This document shows positions 9,727-21,600 of a DNA stretch of 64,000 nucleotides, piece by piece. The notes beneath the pieces were generated by a model. It saw only the letters and a list, made by a program, of their open reading frames with translations, was not told the DNA's origin and ran no database searches. The stretch's first letter is position 1; each line of letters opens with the position of its first letter. Source of the stretch: an uncultured Gammaproteobacteria bacterium (lineage in GTDB: Bacteria > Patescibacteriota > Microgenomatia > Levybacterales > GWA1-39-11). Both the position numbers and the translations under genes were made by a program. The DNA lies in contig CAZAJO010000004.1 in assembly GCA_964485575.1 (NCBI GenBank), forward strand, positions 25,307 through 89,306. The letters are read 5' to 3'.

Positions 9727-10500
9727 ATGAATAAAAAAAGTATCACAACTATTCTTTTCTCACCAAAAGGAACTGCAGTATTCCTTACGCTCAACTTTGC
9801 CCTTTTTTGCCTATTTTTAGGTAAGAGTATTAGTGCGGAAACGATGTCTAATTCATCGTATAAAATCAGGTTTGGCAACCTCAATTCATTTGCTGGCAAA
9901 CCTTCAAATGCCTCATATAGCCTTGGAATAACAGGAGGACAAATAGCCCCTGGTCTTTATTCGGGTACAAATTTTAAAGTTAGAGCAGGATTTCAGTATA
10001 TAAAATCAATAATCCCCTTCACCTTCAAGATAAGCAGCGTATTTATCGACTTTGGACCCATAACACCAGGAACACCTATTACACGCACAAATACACTCAC
10101 CATTTCAAACGGTTCTGCTTATGGATACACAGTTCTTGCAAGTGAAAATCACCCTCTTCTTATCAATAGCACGGGTATTTCCATACCTGATACCACATGC
10201 GACAGTGGTACATGCACAGAATCAGTAGCAGCCGCCTGGACAAATCTTACTACATTCGGTTTTGGATACCGCTGCGACAATATAACAGGAACAGACTGCC
10301 AATCTGGATTTAGCACAGCCACAAACTATCGACAGTTTTCGGCTAGTAACTCCGGTGAATTAGCCTATCCTGTGATGCGTGGGGTCAATGTTGGACGTAA
10401 TATCCAAAGTCAGATCACATATAAAGTCAATGTTAGTTCCACCCAAGCAACTGGGGAATACCAAAATGTCATATCTTTCGTTGCTGTTCCTTCTATCTAA
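9727..10500 (+). CDS. Secreted beta-rich protein (WxL-like C-terminal region)
   Basis: Signal-like N-terminus; FGPITPG...LTISNGSAYGYTV...QITYKVNVSSTQATGEYQNVISFVAVP pattern; start moved out of the repeat to ATG 9727. Confidence 0.6.
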   Translation: MNKKSITTILFSPKGTAVFLTLNFALFCLFLGKSISAETMSNSSYKIRFGNLNSFAGKPSNASYSLGITGGQIAPGLYSGTNFKVRAGFQYIKSIIPFTFKISSVFIDFGPITPGTPITRTNTLTISNGSAYGYTVLASENHPLLINSTGISIPDTTCDSGTCTESVAAAWTNLTTFGFGYRCDNITGTDCQSGFSTATNYRQFSASNSGELAYPVMRGVNVGRNIQSQITYKVNVSSTQATGEYQNVISFVAVPSI

Positions 10501-10928
10501 TCAACTTTTCACAGAGACATTTCCAATTTGCACATATAACAGCGCTTCCAAGGACTCACAAGCATTTTCAGTTATATAAGAATTTATACTTATCGTGTAC
10601 TGATGGATTCTCAAAATTAGGTTTTTAAGCCAATTCATCGATTATCCCATGTACATAGTCCAAAACCCCTCTTTTTTAGTCTATCACTCAGAACCTTAAA
10701 ATGCTGATATGCGAATCATTCGTGCCTTTTTTGAACCGATATAGTTTGATATACTCTATAGTTTTAATGGCTAAAATAACTATTTCCAAATGTATCAGAA
10801 ATGACGAATTACCGCGTATTAGAAATATTCTAGAAATTTGAGGTAAAATATTTTCTCCGCAAAGTAAATACCATTGTGAAATAAATAGGATTCTTTCCTT
10901 TTAAAATGATTTGGGATACTATAAATGT

Positions 10929-11903
10929 ATGAAAAGAAAAGCCATTTTTACCTTACTTATCTTGCCTCTGTTTCTTTCTATAGCAAAGGGCAACATTGAC
11001 GCCCAGGAACAAGCCTTAAGTATTTATCCACCTGTTATTGAAGTCCAGACAACTCCACCCTCCTCACCTCTGGTTCCAATCATAATTCAAAACAGTGCGG
11101 AGAATGATCTGCTTTTGAAAATTGAGCTTGTTCCTTTCAAAACGAATAATATTACAGGTGAGGTAAGATTAGTTCCTAACGATATCTCAAAAGGATTTTC
11201 CCCTTATTATCGGGATCGTATTCAATTTTTGGTTGATGGAAAAAAATCAAATACAGTTACACTCGCTCCTTTAGAATCAAAAGAGGTTCAACTTAATATA
11301 AATCTTAGTAAAGGTGACCCTCCAGGCGACTTCTACTATTCGATAGTATTTATCAATCAACAAGATGGACTCCCTGGCTCTAGCGTATCCCAAATGCCAG
11401 CCGGAATAGCCACAAACCTTCTGCTTTCGGTAGGTCCAAAGGATGAGTCTTCCGGTTCCATCTCCCAGTTCAAGACCTCTTCTTTTAAAACAAATGGCCC
11501 GGTTGAATTTGAGCTTAAAGTACATAATTCAAGCAAGCATCTTATTAACCCTACAGGTTCAATTCAAGTAAAAAATCTCTTTGGTCAGAACGTGGGTTCA
11601 GTCAAAATCTTGCCTCAATATGTTCTTGCTGGATCGGATAGATTTATGCTTGATGATAATCAAAGCTCACCTGAAGCAAGCCTTGCCTATCAACAACTAA
11701 ATACTACACCTAAGGTCATCTGGCCAGAAACGTTTCTCCTCGGTTGGTATGAAGCCAAAGCAACCGTATTACTTGAAGAAGATGGTAGAAGATATACTCA
11801 ATCACTCTACTTCTTCGCTTTTCCGCTGTATCTATTCTTCCCTTTAGTAGCTATAATCTTTATTATTCTTAGTGTGTATCTCAAAGTGAAGAAAAAAATC
11901 TAA
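10929..11903 (+). CDS. Secreted, C-terminally anchored Ig-like protein (DUF916/WxL-interacting-like)
   Basis: Signal peptide, LSIYPPVIE, PPGDFYYSIVF, HNSSKHLINPTGSIQVKNLFG, C-terminal TM with basic tail. Confidence 0.65.
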   Translation: MKRKAIFTLLILPLFLSIAKGNIDAQEQALSIYPPVIEVQTTPPSSPLVPIIIQNSAENDLLLKIELVPFKTNNITGEVRLVPNDISKGFSPYYRDRIQFLVDGKKSNTVTLAPLESKEVQLNINLSKGDPPGDFYYSIVFINQQDGLPGSSVSQMPAGIATNLLLSVGPKDESSGSISQFKTSSFKTNGPVEFELKVHNSSKHLINPTGSIQVKNLFGQNVGSVKILPQYVLAGSDRFMLDDNQSSPEASLAYQQLNTTPKVIWPETFLLGWYEAKATVLLEEDGRRYTQSLYFFAFPLYLFFPLVAIIFIILSVYLKVKKKI

Positions 11904-12463
11904 CTTTTCATTTCTTCGCTTCAAGCTAGCGTTAAAAATATTCCCAGGCTTAAACGAAGTTAAGAAACTTATAGTGAAGAAAAAGGTCTGATTAAGCGGT
12001 TTTTAACAGAGTATTACAAAACATCCCTTTAATAATCCTATTGTGTCTACCAAGATGTATAACCATAGTATAAAAAATTCTATTTACATTATTAATAAAG
12101 GATAAATTAAATTTTAAATCCTTATCACTTCATCCACTAAATTGATTTTTACCGTCCGATAATTATCTTGCTAATTCGTATCTACCAGTTTTAACAAATA
12201 AAAACACCTATCCTAATAGTAATTACTTTTCACAAGATAGTAATTCATTAACCATTGATAAATCGTGTTTAAATGACCAAAAAAGCAACTCACATTATAT
12301 CCTAAAGTATTTTTTGAGGCTAAAATACCAGTTTGATCCACTATTCTAAATTGAATTTTGTGAAAATGTAAAAATCGTTTTTTGTCCTAAAATTACCTCA
12401 AGCAATTAGCGATATTTAATATATCTAAATATAACATAATACATCATAGCCTCAGAGCTACTC

Positions 12464-12491
12464 TTGACAGCGTAGTGTATGATTCTTTAAT
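12464..12491 (+). promoter_or_regulatory. Candidate sigma70 promoter of the giant gene
   Basis: TTGACA-N16-TTTAAT. Confidence 0.4.
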
Positions 12492-12653
12492 CTGTTTATA
12501 CCCATGAAAAATCTGGCGTGTAAACAATATAATCAGTATAATTTTGAGGCTAAATACTCCCCTTGCGGTAATAATATTTTTGGACAAAGTGCGGCAATAA
12601 ATTCCAATGAAAATATATCCTCTAGCTTTTCACGATAAATACCAAATCTGCCT

Positions 12654-15600
12654 ATGGAATTATTAGAACTATTCAAAAGACAATTAGCATCAAAATCAGG
12701 ATCATCTTCGAAGAATACAATCAAGAATTATGTTTCAGATGTACGTCATTTTATAGCTTGGTTTGAGGCTATAACAGGATCAAAATTCGACCCTTCGTCG
12801 GTCACTACAGATGTTATTCTTTTATATCAAAATGGCTTGGGAGGGCTCGTTTTGAATGGCCAGTTACAGAGTGGCACCCAATTGTCAGCATCATCCATGA
12901 AAAGACACTTATCCTCAATAAGGAAATTTTTCACAGTCCTTGAGGCAGAAAATGTAGTCCGTGAAAACCCTTTCACAAAAATTATCACGGAAGAGTCTGT
13001 AGAACCGACGGATTATTGGCACTTAAAATCTTTTAAAGATTATTTGATGCTGGGAAATGCTTCAAAGATCACCGTCAAAAATTACCTTTCGGATATTTCC
13101 GGTTTTGCTAGATGGTATGAAGAAGCAATTCTTCCTACTATCGAGAGTCCGTTGAGCTCAAATCAAGGTTTTTATTTAATAACTCAGTCTGTGGTTGAAG
13201 ACTATCGAAAAAGGCTTGTCGAGATTCAAAATGCAGCTCCACGAACCATAAATAGAAAGCTTTCTGCGCTGCGCCGTTATCTGGAATTTGCAACAAGAAA
13301 GGGATTTATTACTAACCAAGAGATAAGTGTAAGCTCGGTTGAAGCAGACATTGCTGACGATGTTGCCGACCTTCCAAAAGTTGCATTATCTGAAATGTCT
13401 GAGAAGCTTTCTCCTCAAAAAAGATCTTACTCAAATATCCCTCCTGTCCGTCTGATTCAAAAACTCCTAATCAACCCATATCTTCTGCTTGAAGAAGGTG
13501 CAGCAAATGCAATAACAGGGTTTTTGATAGGTAAAAAAGTAACTGGTATTGCCAATTTGCCTCAGAAATTATCTGCTCAGATTGCTACTAAAAATGCGCT
13601 CAGAATACAAAATCAAGGAATAAGTACTCTTCTAGGTGTCCGAAATATTGAAAAAGAATTTTATGCTCCAGACAAAGTTTCTCTCTCAGGGTTGCCTGTT
13701 CATCAGAAATTAATCCATCATGTCAGGTTTACTAGACCTAATTGGTATAAAAGATATCATAACTATGCATTTGTTCATTACGTGCATTTTGCCCTACTCG
13801 TCATTTTCGCCGCCGGTGTTGGTGTTGCTTTGTATCAGAATTTAGTAGTGCAAAAACAGACACCAACCTTTGCCGCAGCTACTGCCCCACCTAGAATTCT
13901 TTCATTTCAAGGAAGACTTACTGATGCACTAGACAATCCTATTACTTCTCCTCAACCTGTCAGATTTATGATTTACAATAGCCTTGCTGCTACAGGTGCT
14001 GCTGAACTGTGGGAAGAGACAAGGACAATCAGTCCAGATCAGGATGGTATATTCTCAGTACTTTTAGGTAGCGATTCGACCGGCGCCAATGCTTCTTCTT
14101 GCGGATCTTTCCCTCCGGGAAGTCCATACAACACCGCTTGTCTTATTCCCTCAACAGTCTTCTCTGACAATAGTCAAATTTGGCTTGGTGTAACTATTGC
14201 TAACAGCACTGAGCTAGCACCGCGTCAAAAAATAGCTACCGTCGGATATGCAACAAATTCTGAATTTCTCCAAGGACTTCCTCCAACATCAGCTGTCAGT
14301 AGTTTTGTGAATGCAGTTCTCGCCCTTGATAGTACCGGAAGTTTTAATCTCAATGACGGTATCGAACACACATTTCAGGTCAGTAACGGCACCCTTACTC
14401 TTAAAGCACAAACCCTCAATCTAACCACGAGTCTTGGAACAAATGGAAATATCATCCTAAATCCAGAAGGGCTCGGTAAGGTTGATATACAAAAACCCAT
14501 CATCAATAACTCTAATACAGGCAATCTAGTGAGAGGTGGGGTTGAGATAAATGATAGATTTGGAGTTCTAGCTACCGAATCAGCAGTAGCTGCATTTATC
14601 GTTAACAATAATACGACTGGTGGAGATATTTTTGCTGCCTCTTCTTCTGGTACAACTAAATTTAAGATCGCCAACGATGGTTCTATCACTTCTGGATTTT
14701 ATACTGGTCAGAATGCAGTATTATATGGCACCCAGACTACTGGATTGATAGCTCAAGCAACCACAGCCTCAACTGGTCTTTGTCTTCAATCAGGTGCTTC
14801 AACACCAACGTGGGGCACGTGTGGGTCAAGCTACTGGAACCTTACGACTGACAATGGTGCATTAACCCCATTCAGTAGCACTCTTGACTTACTTATTGGC
14901 GGTCAGTCTACTGCATCTGCTAAATTCGCTTTTATTAATAATGCTTCAGGTGCACCAACCGCCTCTATCTCTGGCAATCTAGCAATCGCTGTGCCAACAG
15001 GAGCAAGTGGGGCAAATCTTTTTAATATTTTTAACGGGGGAAGCCTCAACTTTCAAACTTCAGGAGGAGGTAACGCTGGCCTTACTTCTCGTCTATTTAT
15101 AGCAAATGACGGAAGAATCGGTATAGCAACAACAAGTCCTATTGCTAAAAATGCATTAGATGTTAGGGGGATAAGCGGAACTGGCTCAACTGCAACAATA
15201 TCTGCTCGCTCTTCCTTTGCTGCCCTTGTTGTTAACAATGATGGTCTAGGGGATATTTTTGCTGCAAGTGCATCTGGAGTGCAGAATTTTGTCGTTAAAA
15301 ATAATGGTGATATCATTGTCGGACCCGATGGCGGTGGGAAAATAACAGCAGCAATAATTGATCCTTATCTCGTACAAAACCAAAAAACGACTGGAATTAC
15401 GAGTCTTACCTTACAGACAATGGGGGGGGCCGGGGCTGATATCATATTTTCTAATCAAAGTAGCGATCTTGTACATATCCTTCAAAATGGAAATGTAGGA
15501 ATAGGTGTAACCAATCCTACTACCGCAAAACTTGTGGTTGGTGGGGATATAGGCGCCGATGTAGTAGGACGAAATATAGGCTCACTCTCTATACCATTTA

Positions 15601-18600
15601 ACAATCTCTACGCAAATAATATCATCGCAACCGGTCCGGTAAGCGGATTTTGGGGACAGACACTTGGTTCACTCTACCCTGCAAACCCTACTGTTGATCT
15701 TCTAATCGGAAGCTCTGCGACTTCAACCGCTAAATTTGCAGTACTCAATATCAACACAGGTACCCCTACTGCATCAGTATCAGCTCAAAATGCTGGAGGA
15801 CAGGCATTAGTTCTTGCAAGCGATGGATCGATACAGACAACAAGAAGAAACAGTCTGGCAATTGGAGGCTCTTCCACAGGGTCTATTCAGTTCTTACCAA
15901 ACAATAATTCTGTGAATCTATTCCTTACTGGTTCAAATGCAGCAATCGGCAATCAAACACCTCAAGCGGCACTAGATGTCAGCTCTTCTTCACTAATCTC
16001 ATCTGTCGTCAATAAGATCGTTTTTGGAAGCATTGGTACGGCAATGGGATCATTGGGTTATGATGGATCGTCTTTCAATGAAATCAGGATTGGTGCCACC
16101 TCAAATGTAGGGCTTGAGCTTATAACAAATGACACCGTTAGAGGATATTTCACGGCTACTGGACTTTTTGGCCTGGGTACTGTAAGTCCTGTAGCTCAAT
16201 TACAGGTTAATGGAACCAATGGATCAAATGCTACAGTCATAATAAATCAGGGTAATAATGGTGATATACTCGCGGCATCTGCCTCAGGAACAACAAAATT
16301 TGTCATCAAAAATAATGGAATTGCCTCTTCATCAGCTGGGTTCACAATTGACGGACTGGGCGCTTTACAAAGTACAAATTTTCAGACTCTAACTATTGGT
16401 GGAAATTCTACCGGTAACGTTGTAGTCTCACCAAATAACGGAAGTGGCCAGATTCAATTTACAAATTTCACATCTGCAGGTGGACTACTTTATACTGGGG
16501 CAACTGGTATATTAGCACAGACTAACGTAGGTTCTGGTACACAGTGCTTGCTTGGAGGAACAACTCCTACCTTCGGGACTTGTGGAGGACCATTTAGAGA
16601 ATTGACAGCTTTCGGAACGATTGTTGAGAGCAACACAACTGAAGACTTCTTGCTTGGAGGTGTGGCAACCTCTAGTGCAAAATTTGCTGTACTTAACATT
16701 GCCGGAGGTACTCCTACTGCTTCTGTTTCTGCTCAAAATGCAGGCGGCCAGGCTCTTGTTCTTGGAGGAGATGGCACTATTCAGGCTGTCAGAAACAATA
16801 ACCTCACACTTGGTGGAAATACAACAGGAAGCCTCGTACTGGCAGGAACTTCAATTCAATTAAGCGCTACCAATCCTATCATTGACTTGACGACAGCCTC
16901 GACTCTTTCAATAAACACAACTACCAATAGGCCAATAACTACGGGTACCGGACTTACGACTTTGGGAGGAAATCTTACCGTCAATGGTGCTACCACGTCA
17001 CTTGCCTCAACAGCTATTACCCTGACAGGGTCATCTCCAATAATTGATCTAACTTCAGGCACAACTCTTTCGATAAATACAACTACAAACCGTCCTATTA
17101 CAACTGGGACTGGACTAACAACTCTGGGTGGAAATCTCACTGTAGCTGGTGCCACGACTACATTTAGCAACGCAACTCCAGTTCTAACCTCAAACACCGA
17201 TACTTCACTGACTATAACCCCAAATGGAACAGGAAATCTGATCCTGACCTCTGATCTGGATACAGGAGTAAAAATTGGTGCTTCAACAAATACTCTTGCC
17301 CCACTCTCTGTTTCGGGTGGAATTGGTGGGAATGCTCTCTCAATATTCAATCAGATAAATGGTACAGATATATTAGCGGCTTCGGCTTCGGGTGTTAGTA
17401 AATTCGTCATCAAAAATGACGGTACTGCTTCCTCATCAGCTGGTTTTACCGTTGATGGAATAGGCACAATTCAAAGCACACGAAATCAAACTCTTACTGT
17501 TGGCGGTGGATCGACTGGCAATCTTGTACTTGGAAAAGCCTCACAAACCCTCACACTTCCTGGCTTTACAACAAATGGAGGGTTACTTTATACAAATGCT
17601 TCAGGAGTTTTGGCACAAACAGGTACTGGTGGGGCTACTCAGTGTCTTTTGGGAGGAGCAGGTACTCCAACATTTGGATCATGTGGAACTGGGGTTAACT
17701 CCAGTCCATTCTATGAAATTCCTGCACCAATTGGCGTTATTGCCCAGGCCAACCTCACTGAAGACTTTTTACTTGGAGGACTTGCAACATCAAGCGCAAA
17801 ATTTGCCGTTCTTAACATTGCTGGAGGTACTCCTACTGCTTCTGTTTCTGCTCAAAATGCTGCTGGTCAGGCTCTTGTTCTTTCAGGAGATGGAACAATC
17901 CAATCTACGAGAAATAACAGTCTCACGCTTGGAGGAAATACAACAGGTAGCTTGGTACTAGCAGGAACATCAGTACAGCTCTCAGCTACCAATCCTATCA
18001 TTGACCTAACAAGTTCAAGCACTCTATTCATTAATACAACTACTAACCGTCCTATTACAACAGGTACTGGACTTACGACGCACAACGGAAATCTCACAGT
18101 TGCAGGGGCTACAATTACTTTCAGTAATGCCTCCCCTATCATCACATCAAACACAAATACAGACCTGACAATAACCCCAAATGGAACTGGGAATTTGATA
18201 TTAACCTCAGATCTAGATACAGGAGTAAAAATTGGAAGTTCAACCAATACTATTGCCCCTTTGTCAGTTTCTGGGGGCATTGGATCGAATGCTCTTGCTA
18301 TATTTAATCAAATTAATGGTACAGATATATTAACAGCTTCGGCTTCGGGCGTTAGTAAGTTCGTCATCAAAAACGACGGAACTGCTTCTTCATCAGCAGG
18401 TTTCACCATTGATGGGATAGGCGCTATTCAATCAACTCGCAATCAAACTTTAACAGTAGGTGGTGGAGCTACCGGTAATCTTGTGATTGGTCGTACTGCA
18501 CAAACTGTTACCCTTCCTGGATTTACTACAAATGGAGGATTACTTTATACAAATGCTTCAGGAGTTTTGGCCCAAACAGGTACTGGTGGGGCTACTCAGT

Positions 18601-21600
18601 GTCTTTTGGGAGGAGCTGGTACGCCAACATTTGGATCGTGTGGAACTGGGGTTAATTCCAGTCCATTCTATGAAATTGCCGCTCAGGGAATTATCGTCCA
18701 GGGAAATACCTCTGAGGACTTCCTCTTGGGAGCAACTGCAACATCTAGCGCAAAATTTGCCGTTCTTAACATCGCTGGTGGAACACCTACCGCATCGGTC
18801 TCAGCGCAAAATGCTGCCGGGCAGGCACTAGTTCTTGGATCAGATGGTTCAATCCAGTCAACAAGAAATAACAATCTTACAATTGGTGGTAATACAACAG
18901 GAAGCCTTGTACTTCCTGGAACATCCATCCAACTGACAGGAAACAATCCTGTAATTGACCTTACTACAGCCTCAACTCTTTCGCTAAATACTACAAACAA
19001 CCGTCCTATCACAACTGGTACCGGTACTTTTACTGTTGGTTCAGGAGGAACAGGAACGATTGCTATGAATGGAAGTGCTATAACAACGACCACAACATCA
19101 GTGAGTCTATTTGATGCCAATGCGACCACTATAAATTTTGGGAGAGCAGGAACAAATAATATTAACTTAGGAGGTACGTCAGGAGCACTTAATGTAGGAA
19201 ATGGTGGTAGCTATACTATTCAAACTACATCAAATGGACAACTTAATGTATCAGCTGGGTCAGGCCTTTTAACCCTAAATACTCTTTCAAACGGAGCTGT
19301 AACAACCGGAAATGGACTTACAACATTGGGTGGCAACTTGACTGTGAGTGGAACGACTATTTCTCTTGCTGGTACATCTCCTACAATTTCCACGACAGGA
19401 AGCAACAGCCTTACACTAACAGCAGCAGGAGCAGGCAGTCTAACCCTCTCCTCTGATTCAGATAGCTCAATATTTGTAGGCAACGCTACTACTCCAGCTC
19501 CTCTATCGATATCTGGAGGTATTGGCAATAATGCAGCTTTAGTTCTCAATCAACTTAATTCTACAGGTAATATCTTTTCGGCCTCGGCATCTGGAGTTAG
19601 TAAATTCGTTATCAAAAACGATGGCACAGCCTCTTCATCAGCAGGTTTTACGGTTGATGGGATCGGCAATATCCAATCTACCCTCAATCAAACACTTACG
19701 ATCGGTGGGGGCTCAACAGGAAATCTGATATTAGGTAAAGCAGCCCAGACTCTTACCCTTCCAGGGTTTACCACCAATGGTGGACTATTCTATACAAATG
19801 CGTCAGGGGTACTTGCCCAAACAGGTACTGGTGGGGCAACACAATGTCTACTTGGAGGAGCTGGTACTCCAACATTTGGTTCATGTACAGGAGGATCTAA
19901 TACAAGTCCATTCTATGAGTTCCAAGGAGCAATAGTCCCGGGCAACACCACCGAGGACTTTATCTTGGGTGGAACCGCATCAAGCAGCGCTCGATTTATC
20001 GTAAATGGCCTTGCGACCGGAATCTCCCCTACTGCTTCTATATCTGCTACAAACGGTAACGGAATATATCTTTCTGCACAAAACGGGACCATCCAGTCTC
20101 TAAGAAACAACACTCTTTCAATCGGAGGAAACACTACTGGAATAGTTGCAATAAACCCACTGGCTGCAAATTTCACAGGTATTGGGACTTCTAATCCTAT
20201 AGCTTCTCTTGATGTTAGAGGGTCACTTGGAATTATTGGTGGTGGAACTCTTGCTGTTGCTTCAATATCTGGAAGAACTTCATATGCAGCTCTTGCCGTA
20301 GACAATTTAAGTACCGTAGGAGATCTATTTACAGCTTCATCATCCTCAAATATGCAATTTGTCATCAAAAATAATGGATTTGTTGGCCTTGCAACTGCGG
20401 CTCCGACTGCCCGGCTTGATGTCAATGGTTCAGCCTCGATTTCAAGTGCATTAACATTTAGGACGGGGTCCGGAAGTATTCAAACAACTGCCTTAAATTC
20501 TCTTAATATCGGAGGGAGTACAACAGGAAATCTGATATTTAACCCTAACGGAAATAATCTCATCGGTGCTGGTACCTCAAGTCCGCGTGCCTCTTTTGAT
20601 ATCAGAAACGCTTTGGGGGTTGTTGGCGGGGGAACATTTGCTATAGCTTCAGTCTCGGGTAGAACTTCTTTTGCAGCTCTAACAGTAGACAATAGTTTAG
20701 GAGACTTATTCACAGCTTCATCATCAGGCTTAACAAGATTTGCTATTTCGCAAAATGGAAATGTAGGAATTGGAACAGGTACTCCACTTTACGCATTTGA
20801 TGTTAACAAAAAAACAGCAGCCTTCAATTCAGGCCAGGATGGCACGATTTCAAGCTGGACTAACACAACCGATACTGGATTGAGTGGGCAGCTGGAACAA
20901 TTTGGCCTCGTGTTCATAAATGGATACGTCTACCACGTAGGCGGATATGATGCACCCTCAGTACTTGATACAGTAAGATATGCAAGAGTAAAAAATGACG
21001 GAACACTAGATAATTGGGTAACAAGTCCAAATGTTCTTCCAGAGGCAAGACTTTGGCATGGAACTGTGACAGTTAATGGATATATTTACTCAATTGGTGG
21101 TCACTCAAGTGTTGCTTCACCTACAAATCCTGCTGTTTACTACACTAAAGTCAATTCAGATGGAACAATTAGCAGCTGGGGGTCAACAACTCCACTTCCA
21201 TCTCCCAGGATAAGAATTACACATTCTGTTGCAACAGCAAATGGATATATTTATGTTGTTGGAGGAGAAAATAGCTCAGCTCAAACTACTGTATGGTATA
21301 CAAAAGTAAATGCTGACGGCACGTTGGGACCTTGGCTTACAGGTTCCTCATTGCCAGTTGCTACCTCAGACAATGCAGTGGTTGTAGATAATGGATACAT
21401 ATATTCTATGGGAGGGCTAGCACCTGCAGCAACAAATGCAATCTATTATGCAAAAATTAACTATGATGGATCGATAGGACCATGGATTGGAAATCCCAAC
21501 AATCTTGCGTCAGCTGATTCGATGCATAGTGGAATTGTGGTGAATGGTTTTGTATACATTCTTGGGGGGATAAATAATTCTACAACCGTTTATTATGCAA

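Noticed and set aside
12429-12456. dif site (ATATAACATAA matches the XerD arm at 10 of 11)
   Set aside because: No recognisable XerC arm at 6-bp spacing; a half match is plausible by chance in AT-rich DNA
12654-13320. Active integrase marking a prophage or integrative element
   Set aside because: Only core-binding-like domains; no catalytic domain, att/tRNA site or phage genes in the window
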